From: Takakia lepidozioides
Taxonomy: Eukaryota; Plantae; Bryophyta
Reading direction: 5' to 3'
Length of the DNA stretch: 64,000 nucleotides
Assembly: GCA_030704615.1 (NCBI GenBank)
Contig: CM060732.1
Location: 43,586,001 to 43,650,000, forward strand
Shown here: positions 36,085 through 49,905 of the stretch, piece by piece
Position numbering within the stretch: the stretch's first letter is position 1
Layout: every line of letters starts with the position of its first letter
Program-made: the position numbers and the translations under genes
Notes under the pieces: model-generated
Database searches by the model: none
What the model was told of the DNA's origin: nothing
What the model saw: the letters and a program-made list of their open reading frames with translations, nothing else

Positions 36085-38846
36085 ATGGGGTTTGCGGAAA
36101 TGAATGGCAAGCCTGCACAGGCTATCTCGCAAACCTCTCACAGGCAGCTGAAGCGGCGGCGAGACTCCAAGCCTCTGAAAGCCTCAGATGCTCTCCCCTT
36201 ACCTGTGGGCCTGACAAACAAGATCTTCATGGTTTTGTTTTTCTCAGCCTCTTATTATTTGATGCGGAGATGGCGAGAAAAGATAAGGACATCAACGCCG
36301 CTACATATGCTCAACCTTGGAGAAATTGCGGCCATTATCGCGCAGCTGGCTTCGTTCATTTACTTGATAGGGTTCTTTGGCATTGAGTATGTTCAAAACT
36401 TCATAAGCAAAAGCATTGACGGTTCGTGGGATTTAGACTACGAAAGAGAAGACATCCCAGGAAGCTGCCAAGCTCAGACAGGGATGTTAAGACCCCGAGT
36501 GCAGCTCAAGGGGAAGATACTAGGGGAGAATGCTGATGAAGATATTGCTTGTGCGGTCAGTGATGGGGCCGTTCCATCTTATTCTTTGGAAGCAGAGTTA
36601 GGGGACTGCACAAGAGCAGCCACAGTCAGACGGAGGGCAGTTGAGATGACAACAGGCAGATCGTTAGACGGCCTTCCTTCAACGGGGCTTGATTATAACA
36701 CAGTCCTCGGGCAATGCTGTGAGATGGTTGTCGGATATGTTCAAGTTCCAGTAGGTGTGGCTGGCCCTCTTTTGCTCGATGGTTTTGAGTTTACGGTACC
36801 AATGGCAACTACAGAAGGATGTCTTGTGGCGAGCACCAATCGTGGTTGTAAAGCAATTTTTCAGTCAGGTGGGGCCACCAGTATGCTATTGAAGGACGGC
36901 ATGACCAGGGCGCCAGTGGTTCGGTTCACTACAATCAAGCGTGCAGCAGAGCTGAAGTTTTATCTGGAAGATCCCAGCAATTTTGACACGTTATCGGTCA
37001 TTTTCAACAGGTAGTGGTGCGATCGGTATGAGTTACTGTGCAAATGAGTGAGGGCCCTAAGGAGCCGCGAAGTAAACTTCTCTTTGGGTCCTCTTAGACC
37101 CGTCGGTAGTCACAGGGAGATAGCCAGTCTTGCTTGTCATGCTATTGAATTGTATTTAGTGACTTTTCCATGATGGATAGAAGCTGGGGATATGCATGGT
37201 TATGGAGTTTGCTGACATCATTGGACCTAGCACATCTTGGTGAATTGTCAGGCGTCTCAATATGTGTTTTCTTCAGTCACCATACCATGTCCTTCTTTGA
37301 GAACTTTGAAGTTTGTCCAATTTTTGTGCCGTTCTGGCGCACAGTGACTTCTTCACTAAAACTTGAAGTTGATATCTTAGGCCAGAAGCTGTAAACTAAT
37401 CAATGTAAGTTGGTGGGGGATGCAGGACCAGCCGCTTTGCCCGACTGCAAGACGTTTATGGTGTCTTGGCTGGGCGGAATGTATATTTACGGTTTCGCAG
37501 TTCAACCGGGGATGCAATGGGCATGAATATGATATCAAAAGGCGTACAAAATGTTCTAAATTATCTTCAGCATGTCTTCCCTGATATGGAGGCCATCAGT
37601 GTTTCTGGTAGGTGGAATCTGGTATACATAATCTCAGTTTGATATTTATGGTCTCCAAGAGTTTATGACTTAAGGTTTTACACAGCTTGTTTCAGTTTGG
37701 AAAGTGTTTTCTTGCAGAGAGCTCCACAAGATCTGACTTGTGATGACAAAAGAAGTGGGGAAAGCTTGACTACCAGATGAGCAAGATTCTAGATGTGTCC
37801 ATGCAAAGTAATCTACACAAGGTTGGAAAGTGATTGAACCAAGCTCTTTTTTCCAGGCAACTTTTGTTCGGATAAAAAAGCGACGGCAGTCAACTGGGTA
37901 GAAGGCCGTGGCAAATCTGTTATCTGTGAGGTAGTCTTGAAAGGGGAAGTTGTGGCTAAGGTCTTGAAGACCTCAGTGGCTGCATTGGTGGAGCTGAACA
38001 TGGTGAAGAACTTGGCTGGCTCTGCCCTTGCTGGTGCTCTGGGAGGCTTCAATGCACATGCTTCCAACATTGTCTCCGCCATCTTTATTGCAACTGGACA
38101 AGACCCAGCTCAGAATGTTGAGAGTTCCCATTGCATTACAATGATGGAAGCAGTGAATGGGGGACAGGACTTGCATGTCTCTGTTACCATGCCCTCCATT
38201 GAGGTCAGTAATTCTACCTTTATTCGCGGAAGTTCAAGGTACATGTGTGTCCCACTTTTTTTGGCTGAATTTGATACCATTCTGACACAGTTTGAGAAAT
38301 GTACACATGACTTTTACTGGGTAATGACAACAAACTGGAGAAATACTGGCTGGGAAGAGGCAAATGAGTATCCCTTCAATTTTTAAGTTATGTTCCTCTC
38401 TCTCCTTGATGTGTTACAGCTTATCTAGAAAATAATGTCAATCTGAAGTCATTCATTCCCAAGGACACTATTTGATCTAATTCATTGTGAAGCTTGCTCT
38501 GCTGCAGTGAAAGCCTATTCTGATTGTAGAGTAAGTGAACCACTGAAAGTGAGCATATTATTCTCTGCAGGTGGGAACAATTGGTGGTGGAACGCAGTTA
38601 GCATCACAAGCAGCATGCTTGAACCTGTTAGGTGTGAAGGGGGCGAACGTAGAGTCGCCAGGGGCAAATTCACAGACATTGGCAAGGATAGTGGCAGGCT
38701 CAGTGTTGGCTGGTGAAATATCTCTGATGTCGGCGCTGGCAGCCGGCCAGCTGGTGCAGAGCCACATGAAGTACAACCGCTCAAGTCAAAATGTTGCAGC
38801 TGAAGTATCTGCCGATCTTCCATCCTCCAGAAAGTTGATAACCTGA
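36085..38846 (+). CDS. HMGR: 3-hydroxy-3-methylglutaryl-CoA reductase; exons 36085-37010, 37426-37607, 37857-38203, 38571-38846 (~576 aa)
   Basis: [55 protein letters not shown] motifs. GT-AG introns. Internal exons of 182 and 347 bp as in other plant HMGR genes. The start could alternatively be ATG 36100. Confidence 0.96.
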
Positions 38847-39992
38847 AACTCTTTGATTGTACACCTTACAACTTCTCGAGTGTTCAAACTGTTAGGTGTC
38901 ACAGGAGATTCAACTTCAAAGACAATGGAGTTGGTGTCCTCGAGGGTGCCGCCTGGTGGATGCATCCTGTTGTTATTGGGTCATCACATTGTGATGTGCA
39001 AGTCCAAGATGTATTTGTCACTGTAGCTGCTAGAATGGCACTTTGTACAATATTGGCTTAGCATGTGCACAGTTTTAGGGGCGTCAGTCAGTTTCATAAG
39101 TCATCTTATCACAATTGCCTGCCGTTTTCAATTCTGAATTAAGATGTCTGATCTGGATACCTTAGGAACACTTTGACTAGGTGAGCAATGGGAAGGTTAC
39201 AGCAAAAGTTTTATTGGCCCTTGAGAGTGTCTGAGACTTTTGGGCCTTGTTGACTTAGACCACCCGTTTCATCTTGATGTTCATTGATGAACCCATCACT
39301 GAGGTGCAATTCCATTTCTCAATTGTATGATATTGCTTATCAGTGATCCTTAGGTAGGTGTAGGTTTTGGCTGTTAACCTGTTATATGGGATTCCATTGT
39401 GGGCATTTCCACTTGCATTGTAAATAGGTGCACAAACTGTTCACTACAGCTTTTAGTAATCTGCAAAGGTTGTATGTCCATATTAGGAAAGCCTTCATTG
39501 TACTAGCATGTGGGAGGATGGATCTGAAATCTGAACCTTGCTATTGCAGTCTATCTTTTTGGAACTAAATGATGTCATGGTTTTTGATGTACATAAGTTC
39601 TGCCACATCTTATTCAGCTTAAATCTGCCTTTGTTGACCTCAGAAGCTTGGATATAATTTCACACATGGCAGGAAGTATGTAGCACTCAAGGTATGGCGA
39701 AGTCTTATTTCTTCTGCAGACTGGGGGATATAAGCGAACGCCAAATGTCAAATGGTTTCTGAAGAAAATTAGTTCACTTTTAGTAACAAAACACGGATGT
39801 CTCTGCATCAAGTTGGTAATGTAACGAAGAGATTTCATCAACGGAGTGTACATAGTGGCTCTTGCCAACGTTGGATGTGGCTGGGGTCTTATTTCTCCTC
39901 AAGTTTGAGAAAAGACGAGGTGGATGCAGAGGGAAAGCTTCACTCCCCTCCTGTAATAGTATGTACAATGTGTGCTTCTTCTGCATTTGCTG

Positions 39993-42900
39993 TTTTTTTT
40001 AATTATTATTATTTAAACAGAACAGGGGGATTATACATTGTACTCCTGGAAATTTTATTAATAGTAAGGAAAAAATAACCTTACAATAAAGCCATGGAGG
40101 CAGAGGAAAGAGGTTCCACTCAGAGCCAGCAGTCAAAGACAAGGGGGAGATGAGCAGGGAAGGCAGATTGCACAAGGAATCTGCAGGAGAAGCTCCTTTA
40201 AAAAAGCTGTTGCTAAGCACTAGGAAGCTGGACTAAGAAAGAAGAAAGCTGCACTAAGAAAGCTGCAGTTAAGCACTAAGGAAGCTGAAAGTTGCAACTA
40301 AACAGGCCAGACAAGGAAACAGCAGCAAGGGAGTTGCAGACAAAGGTAGTACTACCAAAGAGGCTGCATAACCACACCTGCAGCTCTACCAGAAGCTGCA
40401 CAACCACAAGAAGCAGAATTACTGACTGCCCCAATTCTATCTATACTACATACTGCTCCTTTTTCTTTTGGGAGCATAAAAAGACAGTTGCGTCTTTGAC
40501 TTGCCCTTCCTAAGGCTGCACTTATGCCTCCAATTGACTTCACCATCTTCAGCATCTAGAGGTGAGCTCTTGGCACTAGCGGAGCTGCCAGCAGGAAGGG
40601 AGAGCTTTGTTCCATTCAATTCGTTCTTCTGAATACCTGCAGCAGAAGACCAAATTTTGCCAAGAGTTGTCGAAGGATGCGAGGAACTGGGTTTTTCTCC
40701 TGTGACTGCATCTGGAAATAGCTGCCACAAGAACAAGCCAAGCTTTCCGAGCTTCAGAGACAATAAATCTGCGTGAGCTAAGCACAAAGCCTTCTGCAAA
40801 CAAGGAATATAATTTTGGAAAAGACAGAGCAACGCATTTTCCATATATGCCATAGGGCTGCCCCTGAGAGATTCCCAAACTGGGCAATTACAGAAAACCC
40901 TCCCCTCTTTGATGTTGAGCAGCAAGGCCGAAGCGGGGAAGGTGAAGCCATTGTCCCAGAGAGCCTTACAAGGAAGTAGCACGGGACGAGACAGCAGCAG
41001 CAAAGGGGCACGAAACGAGGTAATGCTCCAAATCCTCTGGGATATTCAGATTGCAGGTTGCACAGGAAGTAGGAGGGTCAGATATGAACTGACCAACAGA
41101 AACAATTCTATTTGCAATCTTCCAGAGAAAGGCTGAAATTTTAGAAGATCTCCGTTTCTTCCAACCCAAACCACTTTCCAAGGGATAGGTTGACCAATCA
41201 GGTGTTGCCACTTCTTAAACCATTTTCTATCAAAGGTTTGTTTGGGCATAAGCAAGGAGTAACCCGAATAGCAATATTCAGTTCAAGTTATTTGTGGCCA
41301 CCAAGAGAGCTTGAGGTATCTTGCAACAGGCTCTTGTGAAGGCAAATGAGGCAACGACAAGCCGTGCTCTCTTGATCAAGACAAGAGTGGGTCTGAGATA
41401 GAGGTTGCATTCAAGAAGGTATAGTTTAGGCTGGCTCCAAGCAGATCCAGATTATAGTTCTGTTTTAATTTCCTAATTGGTTTGGTAGGCCCTCCTAGGT
41501 CTGTCGGAAACCGTTGACAGACTCTTTTTGTTTTCCTCTTGTCCTTGAAGTGTGTCCATAGGCCTCTATGCTCCTACGAACATTTAGTAATTCTTTCGCT
41601 GTCACTATTCCTAGATTGTCTTGCATAAGATAAGTTGCATCCACAAATCGATGAAATCCATGCTGAGCTGAAGAGATTGGCACATGAAGTAGATTGTGCC
41701 TGACACGCGGTTTGTATTGGATGATTTGGAGGAGGAGCAAAAGCATATTGTCAACAACCTTCGAGTGTGTGGTGACTGTCACATAGGCATGAAGTTTATC
41801 TCTAAGATTGTGCTTGATGCCAGCTGCTTTCACCACTTTGAAGATGGGCTGCCTGGATCTTTCATATGAGGAGAAATCGGTTCCTATAGAAGATTGAATT
41901 GGAGAATGGGCTTCCAACAATTTAGTAAAGCAAAACTTATGGATGTAACATGTAACTGAACGCCCAAAGCCACCGTACTCTTTGGGAAGGCCCTTAAAGA
42001 AGAGAAACAGATAATCAGTGCATGTGGAAAGCTGCAGTTAAACAAACAATTGTGAATTACAGTTGCTCACCAGAGATGTGACATGGGTCATGAGAAATTC
42101 AAGCATCACGTGGGGTTTCAAAAACAAATCCTCAACTCCAGAACTCAGCCCTTTAATCTGCTTTACTTTGATGTACACAGTAGTGGTATTTGCATTCCTT
42201 CTACCAAAAATTTGCTAGGTCAGTATGAAGAATCTGAAGGGTCTGAGCTGAAAAGCTGTCCTAGTAAGCATTTGAATGTTGCAAACTTTGCCCACTGTTG
42301 AATTATAACCAAACACTGAGACTGTAACATGAATTGGTAAACTGATTTACAAATTTACATAGGGTCAGCTGCTTTGTCACCAGCAAGAATGATGGACTTC
42401 GGCTCAGTGAGCGAACTGAAGTAAGCTCACTGGAGCATAGAGGAACCAACGAGTTGCAGTAATGTTGGATATCAAAATACTCGTTTCGTTGACAATTTCT
42501 ACCGACCAACAAATTACCTAAAACTCATGATCAGGAGCAGCTGTGTCCGCACCCTAACCATGAAACTTAGGCAACGAAGAGCCTCGAGGACATACAAAGA
42601 TTTTGGCGCAGGGTGCACGATTCCGGCCCCACAGAGGAATGCAGATGGCCCGCCCTCCGGAGGTGGGTTGGGATTGGATTTACCAGAGATACTAGAGCAG
42701 AAGACTCTGATGTCATAGCAATGGGTACTGGTGGGCAGCACGGCAGGTTGAGGGAGGTGAAGGATACCATTTCCCCTCATGTTGAATCCAATACCCATAA
42801 CGCAGTCACTAACAGTGGAGGTAGCATGAATGGCTTTGAGCTCAGACCCGACAGAAAAACCCAGCCAAGTAGGGAATTTTCTGAGATGGCCCTGGGAAAG

Positions 42901-44330
42901 CAGATCAGTCCTCATGACCAAATCCCAACCAGCAGCTACACGTCTGCGGGAAAAGCCAACTGCAGCAGAGTCAGTTGAAATGGCTGCACCAGAATTCAGG
43001 TCCCAAAAGTGCAGAAGGTGAGACAGTCCTGCAACCTCCCAAAAAGACCATTTTTTTAGTGCAACGAACGAGACTCTCAGAGTCACGATTATAATTGCCA
43101 AACATTGGCTGTTGAGGACGGCTGAGTTTGGAGGAGAAATCCTCGCAGCTCCACGCAGACCAGATGGTTTGCCAAGCCTTTGATCCCACCATAGGGCTAA
43201 TATTAGTGTTTCCACAATGAACCGTCCATTTCAGGGAGGGAGGCCACAAGGGACTGGTTCTTGGAGTGGCTGCCGCTAGATGGTGCCTGACAATTCTACC
43301 CCATGGGCTAGCAAGATGAGTAAAAACTCTTGGTACCCACTTCGCTAACAGAGCATAGATCTGTGATTGCGGATCCAAGACCCCCAGCCCACCATGTTTT
43401 CTTTTTTGGCAGATTTGGGCCCAACTGACTAGAGCCATCTTATGGGAAGAGGCAGCTGTAGCGCCCTAGACGAAGTTTTGAATCAGAGATTTAATTTTCC
43501 TAATGATAGTGGTTCCCCGAGACCAAACGGAGGCGATGAACCAGGTTGAAGCTAGCAAAACTTGATTGGCCCCAAGAGCTCTTCCCACCAGAGTGAGGTG
43601 GAGAGAGCTCCAAAGGATAACTTCCTCTTCAGCCTGGTGAGAACAGCCGCAAAGCGATTGTCATCAGTAAGCCCATGCCCTATCTGATGGCCCAGAGATT
43701 CATGAGCCTGCCCGTCAGAGAGCCAATTAAGCCCCAATTCCTCGCCCCCAGGATCACAATGTTTGGAACTGGAGCTATCAGGTAATTGACTAAGAAGCCC
43801 AACAGATTTCCCCCAGTTGATCTTCAGGCCATAAGCATCACAGAAACTGCCAAGAGCATTCAGAGCGGAGGAAACATTGGAGCTGGAACTGTTATCAATG
43901 AACAAGGTGGTATCATCTGCGTAAAGAGAGGATCTTATAGAGGAAGAGGGGTCCAAAGACGGGGAGTGGGAAATGATTAGCCCAAGGAATCATCCATGAG
44001 GTGGCCTAACCATAAGCAGCAATAAGAAAGAGAAATGGGGCAAGGGGGCAGCCTTGTCGGACTGAAGCGGGAAGGATTAAGAAAGGGCTCCATTTATCAA
44101 GACTCTGCTGGAAGCTGAGGATAGGAGAATACCAATCCAAGACAGAAAGTTCCCGTTTGATTCCCGAGGCCTCCAAAGCACCAAGCAAGTAATCCCAGTT
44201 GATATTATCGAAGGCCTTCTGGAAATCCAACATCAAAAGCGCCAAGGGTTGTTGAGCAACACAAGTCATATATTGAAGAGCTCCATTGGTAAGTAAAATG
44301 TTGTCCAATATCATTCTGTTTTTGAGGAAG
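39993..44330 (-). mobile_element. 5'-truncated L1/Tx1-type LINE (ORF2 RT and zf-RVT, A-rich tail), decayed and interrupted
   Basis: LDFQKAFD, SVRQGCPLAPFLF, LYADDTT, GGLGVLD, FLWKIA..CATC..EDLEHYLVSC. T-run at 39993-40000 followed by ATT repeats gives the minus-strand tail. Confidence 0.88.
41628..41850 (+). pseudogene. PPR E+/DYW domain fragment with internal deletions, inside the LINE
   Basis: [64 protein letters not shown]. Confidence 0.8.
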
Positions 44331-45500
44331 CGTTTATTGTGGCACGATGCTTAGGTGCACGACAACTTTCCTGGATGGAAAGACTATTATTCGGCATAAT
44401 CGGAGGACTAGCCTATGCAACCAGATATTCTCCACTGTCCTTAGCGGAAATAGCCTTTGCTAATAAAGAGGATAAGATCTTCCAGAAACCCTATTCGTTA
44501 CGGATTATTCTTCCTAAATGGATAAAAAAAGGATGAAATTGTTGTAGGGGAGGGCAGATCTCTTCTTGCAGGCAGGCTGTTGATCGAGAGGCCCGTAGGT
44601 AGGTCGTAGGTGTACTATTAATTTGTGCTTCATACATCCTGAGAAAGTGCCCCTTGCTCAGGGTTTATCCAGGTTGATATCATGCGTTGACTCCGGGTTG
44701 ATATCAATGTATCCAGACCCAAAACTGCCATTTTTTAGTATTCGGGTGAGATGCATAACCGGTGGTTATGAAAATACGAAAAAAGAACTCCTATACCCGG
44801 TGTAAGACCCAGCGGATATCCAGTCAATACATGGCGGATCGAGCAGCCCTAAACTTAATAACCGGATGCATACCCGGATCCGCTGTTGTCATGTTGGTAA
44901 TACCCGGAACCGTCGGATATCTAAAACCAATTTTTTTAAAATATCCAGAACCCGCGTATATGAAAAAAATGTGTAGATCTGCCCGACAATGGGCTAAACA
45001 AGTGTTGGGCGGGTATATTGATTACCCTGATATATCCGGCGGGTATATCAGGGCATGTTGATATATATATACCCTAGTATGACAAGTACTTGGATGTATA
45101 GTATATTTTTATGATATACCCTTATCCTTATATTTACCCTGAATCAAGACGTCCAATATATCCTACTTTTCGGGAGGGTATATTTTAAAATGAAGGGTAT
45201 ATCTGTTGAAATAGATTATTGTAGATTAATCATAGTCACAGGTGGCAGTCCACCAAGTAGTGACACCAAGTAGAGACCAAGTAGTGACATGTGACGTGTA
45301 GTCCATCGAACAGTCACACATGTGGCAGTCTCTAAGCAATAGCATTTTGAATTTGTAGTTGGTTAGATCTCTCGCTATCTGCACCTGTATTTAGATGCAG
45401 ATGACAGACCGTGTTTCTTCGTCATTGAATCTGAAGAGCGGGTTGACTGATGTTGAAGGAGATAAAGTGTTCTTTGCAGGACGAACAATGGAGTAGCTGG

Positions 45501-48500
45501 TCAGAGAGAATTGTCAGCAACGTACCCTTTGAAATCCTTCATAGCCCGCTCCATAGGGTACATCCACCGGGAGGTCACAGGGCCACACAAATCCAGCTCG
45601 TCAACTAGGTGGATAAGCAAATGCGTCATTATATCAAAAAAAGAGGATGGGAACTCTTTTTCAAGGAGGCAGAGTGTGACAGTCACCTCCTTCTTCAGCT
45701 CTTCGTGCTCGCTGGGATCAACCACTTTTGCACAGAGTTTGCGAAACACTCGGGATACTCGCAATATGACATTCCGTACACCCTTAGCCACGTAGAGCAA
45801 GAGGGAGAACTTGTTGCATAAGCACATGGTAGTCATGTGACTTTAGTTGTGAGAGTTTTTTTTTAACAACATGTTTTTTAAAGGCATATGCATACCCCGT
45901 TGGCACATTTAGCTTTGTGATTGTGTCCAGGAACACCCTCAGCTCATCTCCTGTGAGCACATACGGCGATGCAGGCATCACAAATGCGTTCTCCCTCGTA
46001 GGATGCCTTTGCAACCACAGGTGGGGACGAATGCCTTGTAGCTCAAAGTCACAACGCACCTTCATGGTATCATTTTCCCCAAAAATTGTCTTGATGATAT
46101 TTTCTGTGACATTCTTCTCGCAATGCATCGCGTCAATGGTGTGGCGGATCAGTAGGTGCTGCAATTCATGTGCCAAAACGATTCACAAGATAGTAAAATT
46201 GTGACACAAATATGCCAACACACTAACACACATCTGTGAATAAAAAACAAATGCACAAATATGCGAAATAGACAAGCATGAGTGATGAGTCCCCGCACCT
46301 CCCAATAAGGCAGACGATACAGAATGAACGGCCACTTGACACCATGGATTTTTGAGGGATTAGCCTCTGCGATTGAATCCTCATGCTCAACCCATTTTGA
46401 GTATTCCTAAGCACGCGACTTGATTTCACTGGCTGTCAAGAGCAGTGGAGCAGGTCTCATTTCTCGTTCGCCATTGAAGAGCCTAGATCTCCTGTATGCA
46501 TGGTCGGTGGGAAGAAATCTCCGGTGCCCCTGGAATATAATTTTGTGATAGGCTACCGAATACCGCGAATCAACTCCAGAGCCACATGCAGGGCAAGCTA
46601 CATAGCCTTGGTGAACTTGACTTGCTAACATGCAGTACGCTGGGAAGTCGTGTATGCACCACATTAGGATGGCCCGCATGTTGAAAGCTTGTTCATCCCG
46701 AATGCTGGCCACATCATGGGCTGGGACTCCCACCCACAATTCCGCCAGCTCCTCCACGAGGGGTTCAAGATACATATCAATGTTCTCCATCTTCACGGAC
46801 TCATTCCATGGAATGAGCAGCGACAATATGACAAAGAATTTCTCGGTCACCAACCAAGGAAGTAAATTGTAGTTGAGTAGTAGAATGGGCCATGTTGACC
46901 AACTCGTAGATTTTGCGCCATAAAGATTCACCCCATCCAATGCCAAACCCAACGACGCTACCGCGTGAGCTTGGCGTGTGAGCGTGTGAGCGTAAGCTCA
47001 CACAATGGTGATGTGGCGTGAGCCTACGCTCATAGCGCTAACGTGGCGCTGGTGTTGATGTGGTGTGAGCCCACCCAAAGTCTTGCCACGTCACCACAAA
47101 GATGGTGGGCCTATAACCATGGAGCCTATAACTATGGGATTTCACCATCTGAAGGTGAGATGGGTTAAGGGTTTAGGGCGTCCGCAGAGATCAACCTTGT
47201 GTTAACATGAGGTTGATTTCAGATAACTTGAAATAAACCTTGTGTTAACATGAGGTTGATTTCAGATAACTTGAAATGAACCTTGTGTTAACATGAGGTT
47301 GATTTCAGATAACTTGAAATGAACCTTGTGTTAATACGAGGTTTCCTAGAACTGAAATCAACCTTGTGTTAACACGAGGTTGATTTCAAGTTCCGAGAAT
47401 GTTCATTTGAATGTGACTTGATGTGTTCGCAAATGAACAAATGAGTTTGAGGAACGAATGCAACAAATGGTAATCGCATGCGCCACACGATTGATGACGT
47501 GACATACACCGATAGACATACGACTTCAATTTATTTATTTATTTTTCTCCGGGGGGTGATGCAAATCAACCTTGCGTTGATGCAACCTTGATTTGAGAAA
47601 TGAAAGCATCATTTTTTGAAGTTTTTTTTTTTTTTTTTCCCCTTCCTTGGGGGGTGATACAAATCAACCTTGCGTTGACGCAACATTGATTTGAGAAATG
47701 AAAGCATCATTTTTTGAAAAAAAAAAAAAAAAAACTCAACAAAAAAAAAAACTCCCTTGGGGGTGATGGAGATCAACCTTGCATTGATGCAACCTTGATG
47801 GAAAAAATGAAAACATTTTTTTTTTAAGTTTGTGTTTTTTGTTTTTTTTGTTTTTGGGAGGGTGATGCAAATCAACCTTGCGTTGACGCAACCTTGATTT
47901 GAGAAATGAAAGCATTCTTTTTTGAGGACTATTTTTTGCATCTTGTATGGTTGCTGGCCCTGTTGTTCTTCGTTTCGTGTCTTGCATTGCAAATCTTGCG
48001 AACCTGTTCTGCACCATACTTTTTCATAAACCGCAAAGTCGCTTTAGGGATTTCCTGGTGTTTGTCTGGAGAACGTCTATCAATGAAAAGTGGATGTGAA
48101 TTGGGAGAAGGAGCTTCGTTAGAACAAACTCATTCTCCTTCGTGTTCATTACACAATAAGACATTGTACTCTATGAAATATCTTGTGCCCGTGGACAAAA
48201 ACCATCCACAAACACCCGTGATTTGTCATCCGACCAAGATTTGGATGAGGGAGGAGACTTCTCGGAAAATAAAGTTGGCAAATCTGGGGCATGGTAGTCG
48301 CCTACAGTTTTGCGGAAATAGGTGGCATCCGCGGAATTAGGTCCTAAACGTGGGAAACCTTGCTGACGTGGCGTGAGTCTGGCTGGGCTCACGCGCTCAC
48401 AGGTTCATGTGCAAGCATTCCCCTGCCAAACCAAGACGCAAGTTGCGTGGATCTGATGCGAACTCCGGCCAAGTGTTGTCAATGTGCGACCAGGCTTTGC

Positions 48501-49301
48501 TATCTGCAGCATGACGAACGAGCCTATCCTTGCTTTTGTGATTGATATGCCAACTCATGAGCTCTGCCACCGATTTCACTCTAAACATTCGTTTCAACCT
48601 CGGTATGACAGGGAAGTGCCGCAAAACTTTCTTAGGCACCTTCCCATGACCTGCAAAATACCTTCCACTTTGGCACTTTGGGCAAATCTCCGTTTTCTCA
48701 AGCTCTCCACGGAACAACACACAACCCTGTTCGCAGGCATGAATCTGTTTGTATGCTAGCCCCATCCTGATGATCATTGTTTTTGCCTCATAATGTGATT
48801 TCGGTAACACATTCTCTAAGTTAGGCAAAAATGAATCTTTCAGTAATGAGAGGAGCTCATCCACAAACGCATTTGTACACTTGTGGGTCGTGCAACAATT
48901 CAGCAGCATCAAAGTTGCTGTCAATCTACTGTGATGATACCCTTCATACAAAGGAATCTGTGATTCACTGCATATTTTGGCATAGTCTCATTCAGTTTGT
49001 TGTCTCTCATCCCACCTCCGTCGTGCAACCCAGTCGAATTTGTGGCATTGCCTGGTTCCTCAGTGCTTGTATGGGGAATGCCAAATTCATCTTCATTCAT
49101 TTGTGAAGTCGCCTCCCTTCTGATTCTGTCAGTTGTTTCAAAAACCTCTTGCAAAGCACGTTGCATCTCCTGTTGTAAAAGTTGTTCTTGGTCAGGTTCA
49201 CCCACACCCATCGTTTCAGGTGTAGGACTGGATGGTCCTTCCTCCCTGTCCGAATCTTCATCATACATAATGTGAGCCTGTAATTTGTAGCACTGAAGCA
49301 T
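45501..49301 (-). pseudogene. Second CACTA/EnSpm transposase, interrupted by a MULE-derived element
   Basis: IHACEQGCVLF, LRHFPVIPRL, DPRNLRLGLA|LDGVN, IDAMHCEKN, KSHDYHV, FFDIMTHL, RWMYPMER. Confidence 0.92.
46950..48423 (-). mobile_element. Non-autonomous MULE-family element, TSD TGCCAAACC
   Basis: CAACGACGC start and GCATTCCCC end. TGCCAAACC at 46941-46949 and 48424-48432. Internal palindromic tandem repeats, including 43-bp units at 47194-47390. Confidence 0.88.
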
Positions 49302-49905
49302 GACTCAGCAGTGCAGATACATCACTGAACGCGAAATGACAAGTCAATGTTGTCAGCTGGTATGCCTTGGGCCAGTTCAAATATCTGTAAGTACCCAGCT
49401 CAATGTAGGTCATGTGTAAGTATCCAGGCAGATAGAGAAACTACCCGTCCACAGTTGCATTGCCCCAATTTTGAAAGTACTTGCCAAGTACTTTATGGAA
49501 AGGAAGAATACATACCCCATTACAGGGGGGCAAACACAGTGCATGAGAATATGGTGGTTGTATTTGCCAAAAAGAAGCAATTGAATTGACCTCTCTAGCA
49601 TTCAAGGAAAGAGGCATTGGTAGCATGCCAAAAGAGGGTGAAAGCCAACCATTCATGCACCGGACGCGCAACAAGAGTGAGGCCTATTACATTTGGTCGA
49701 TTTTCTGCCCAAGACCTGCATGACTTCTTGGTAAATGGCACCTGATTTCTATTTTGTCATTGTATGATCCTCATTACCAATGTTTTTCCCTGGTGGTTGT
49801 GTGAGGGTTGAGTTTTTGCCAATTGTCTAGGGTGAGTTTTGACCAGCATTGTGTTGTGTGTTGCACAGGAGGAAGAAGCGTGCATCGGTTGGTGGACCCA
49901 ACACT

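Noticed and set aside
39740-39870. Possible Hsp70-interacting protein N-terminal-like fragment (HPCFVTKSELIFFRNHL)
   Set aside because: The resemblance is too short and weak to support without a search.
44640-45200. DNA-transposon end with ATATCC/ACCCGG repeats
   Set aside because: Repeats are visible, but no terminus or TSD could be defined.
47194-47910. CRISPR-like regularly spaced palindromic repeats (also 50400-50860 and 30440-31550)
   Set aside because: The context is eukaryotic, spacers are identical or poly-A/T rather than unique, no cas genes are present, and the repeats lie inside TSD-flanked transposons.
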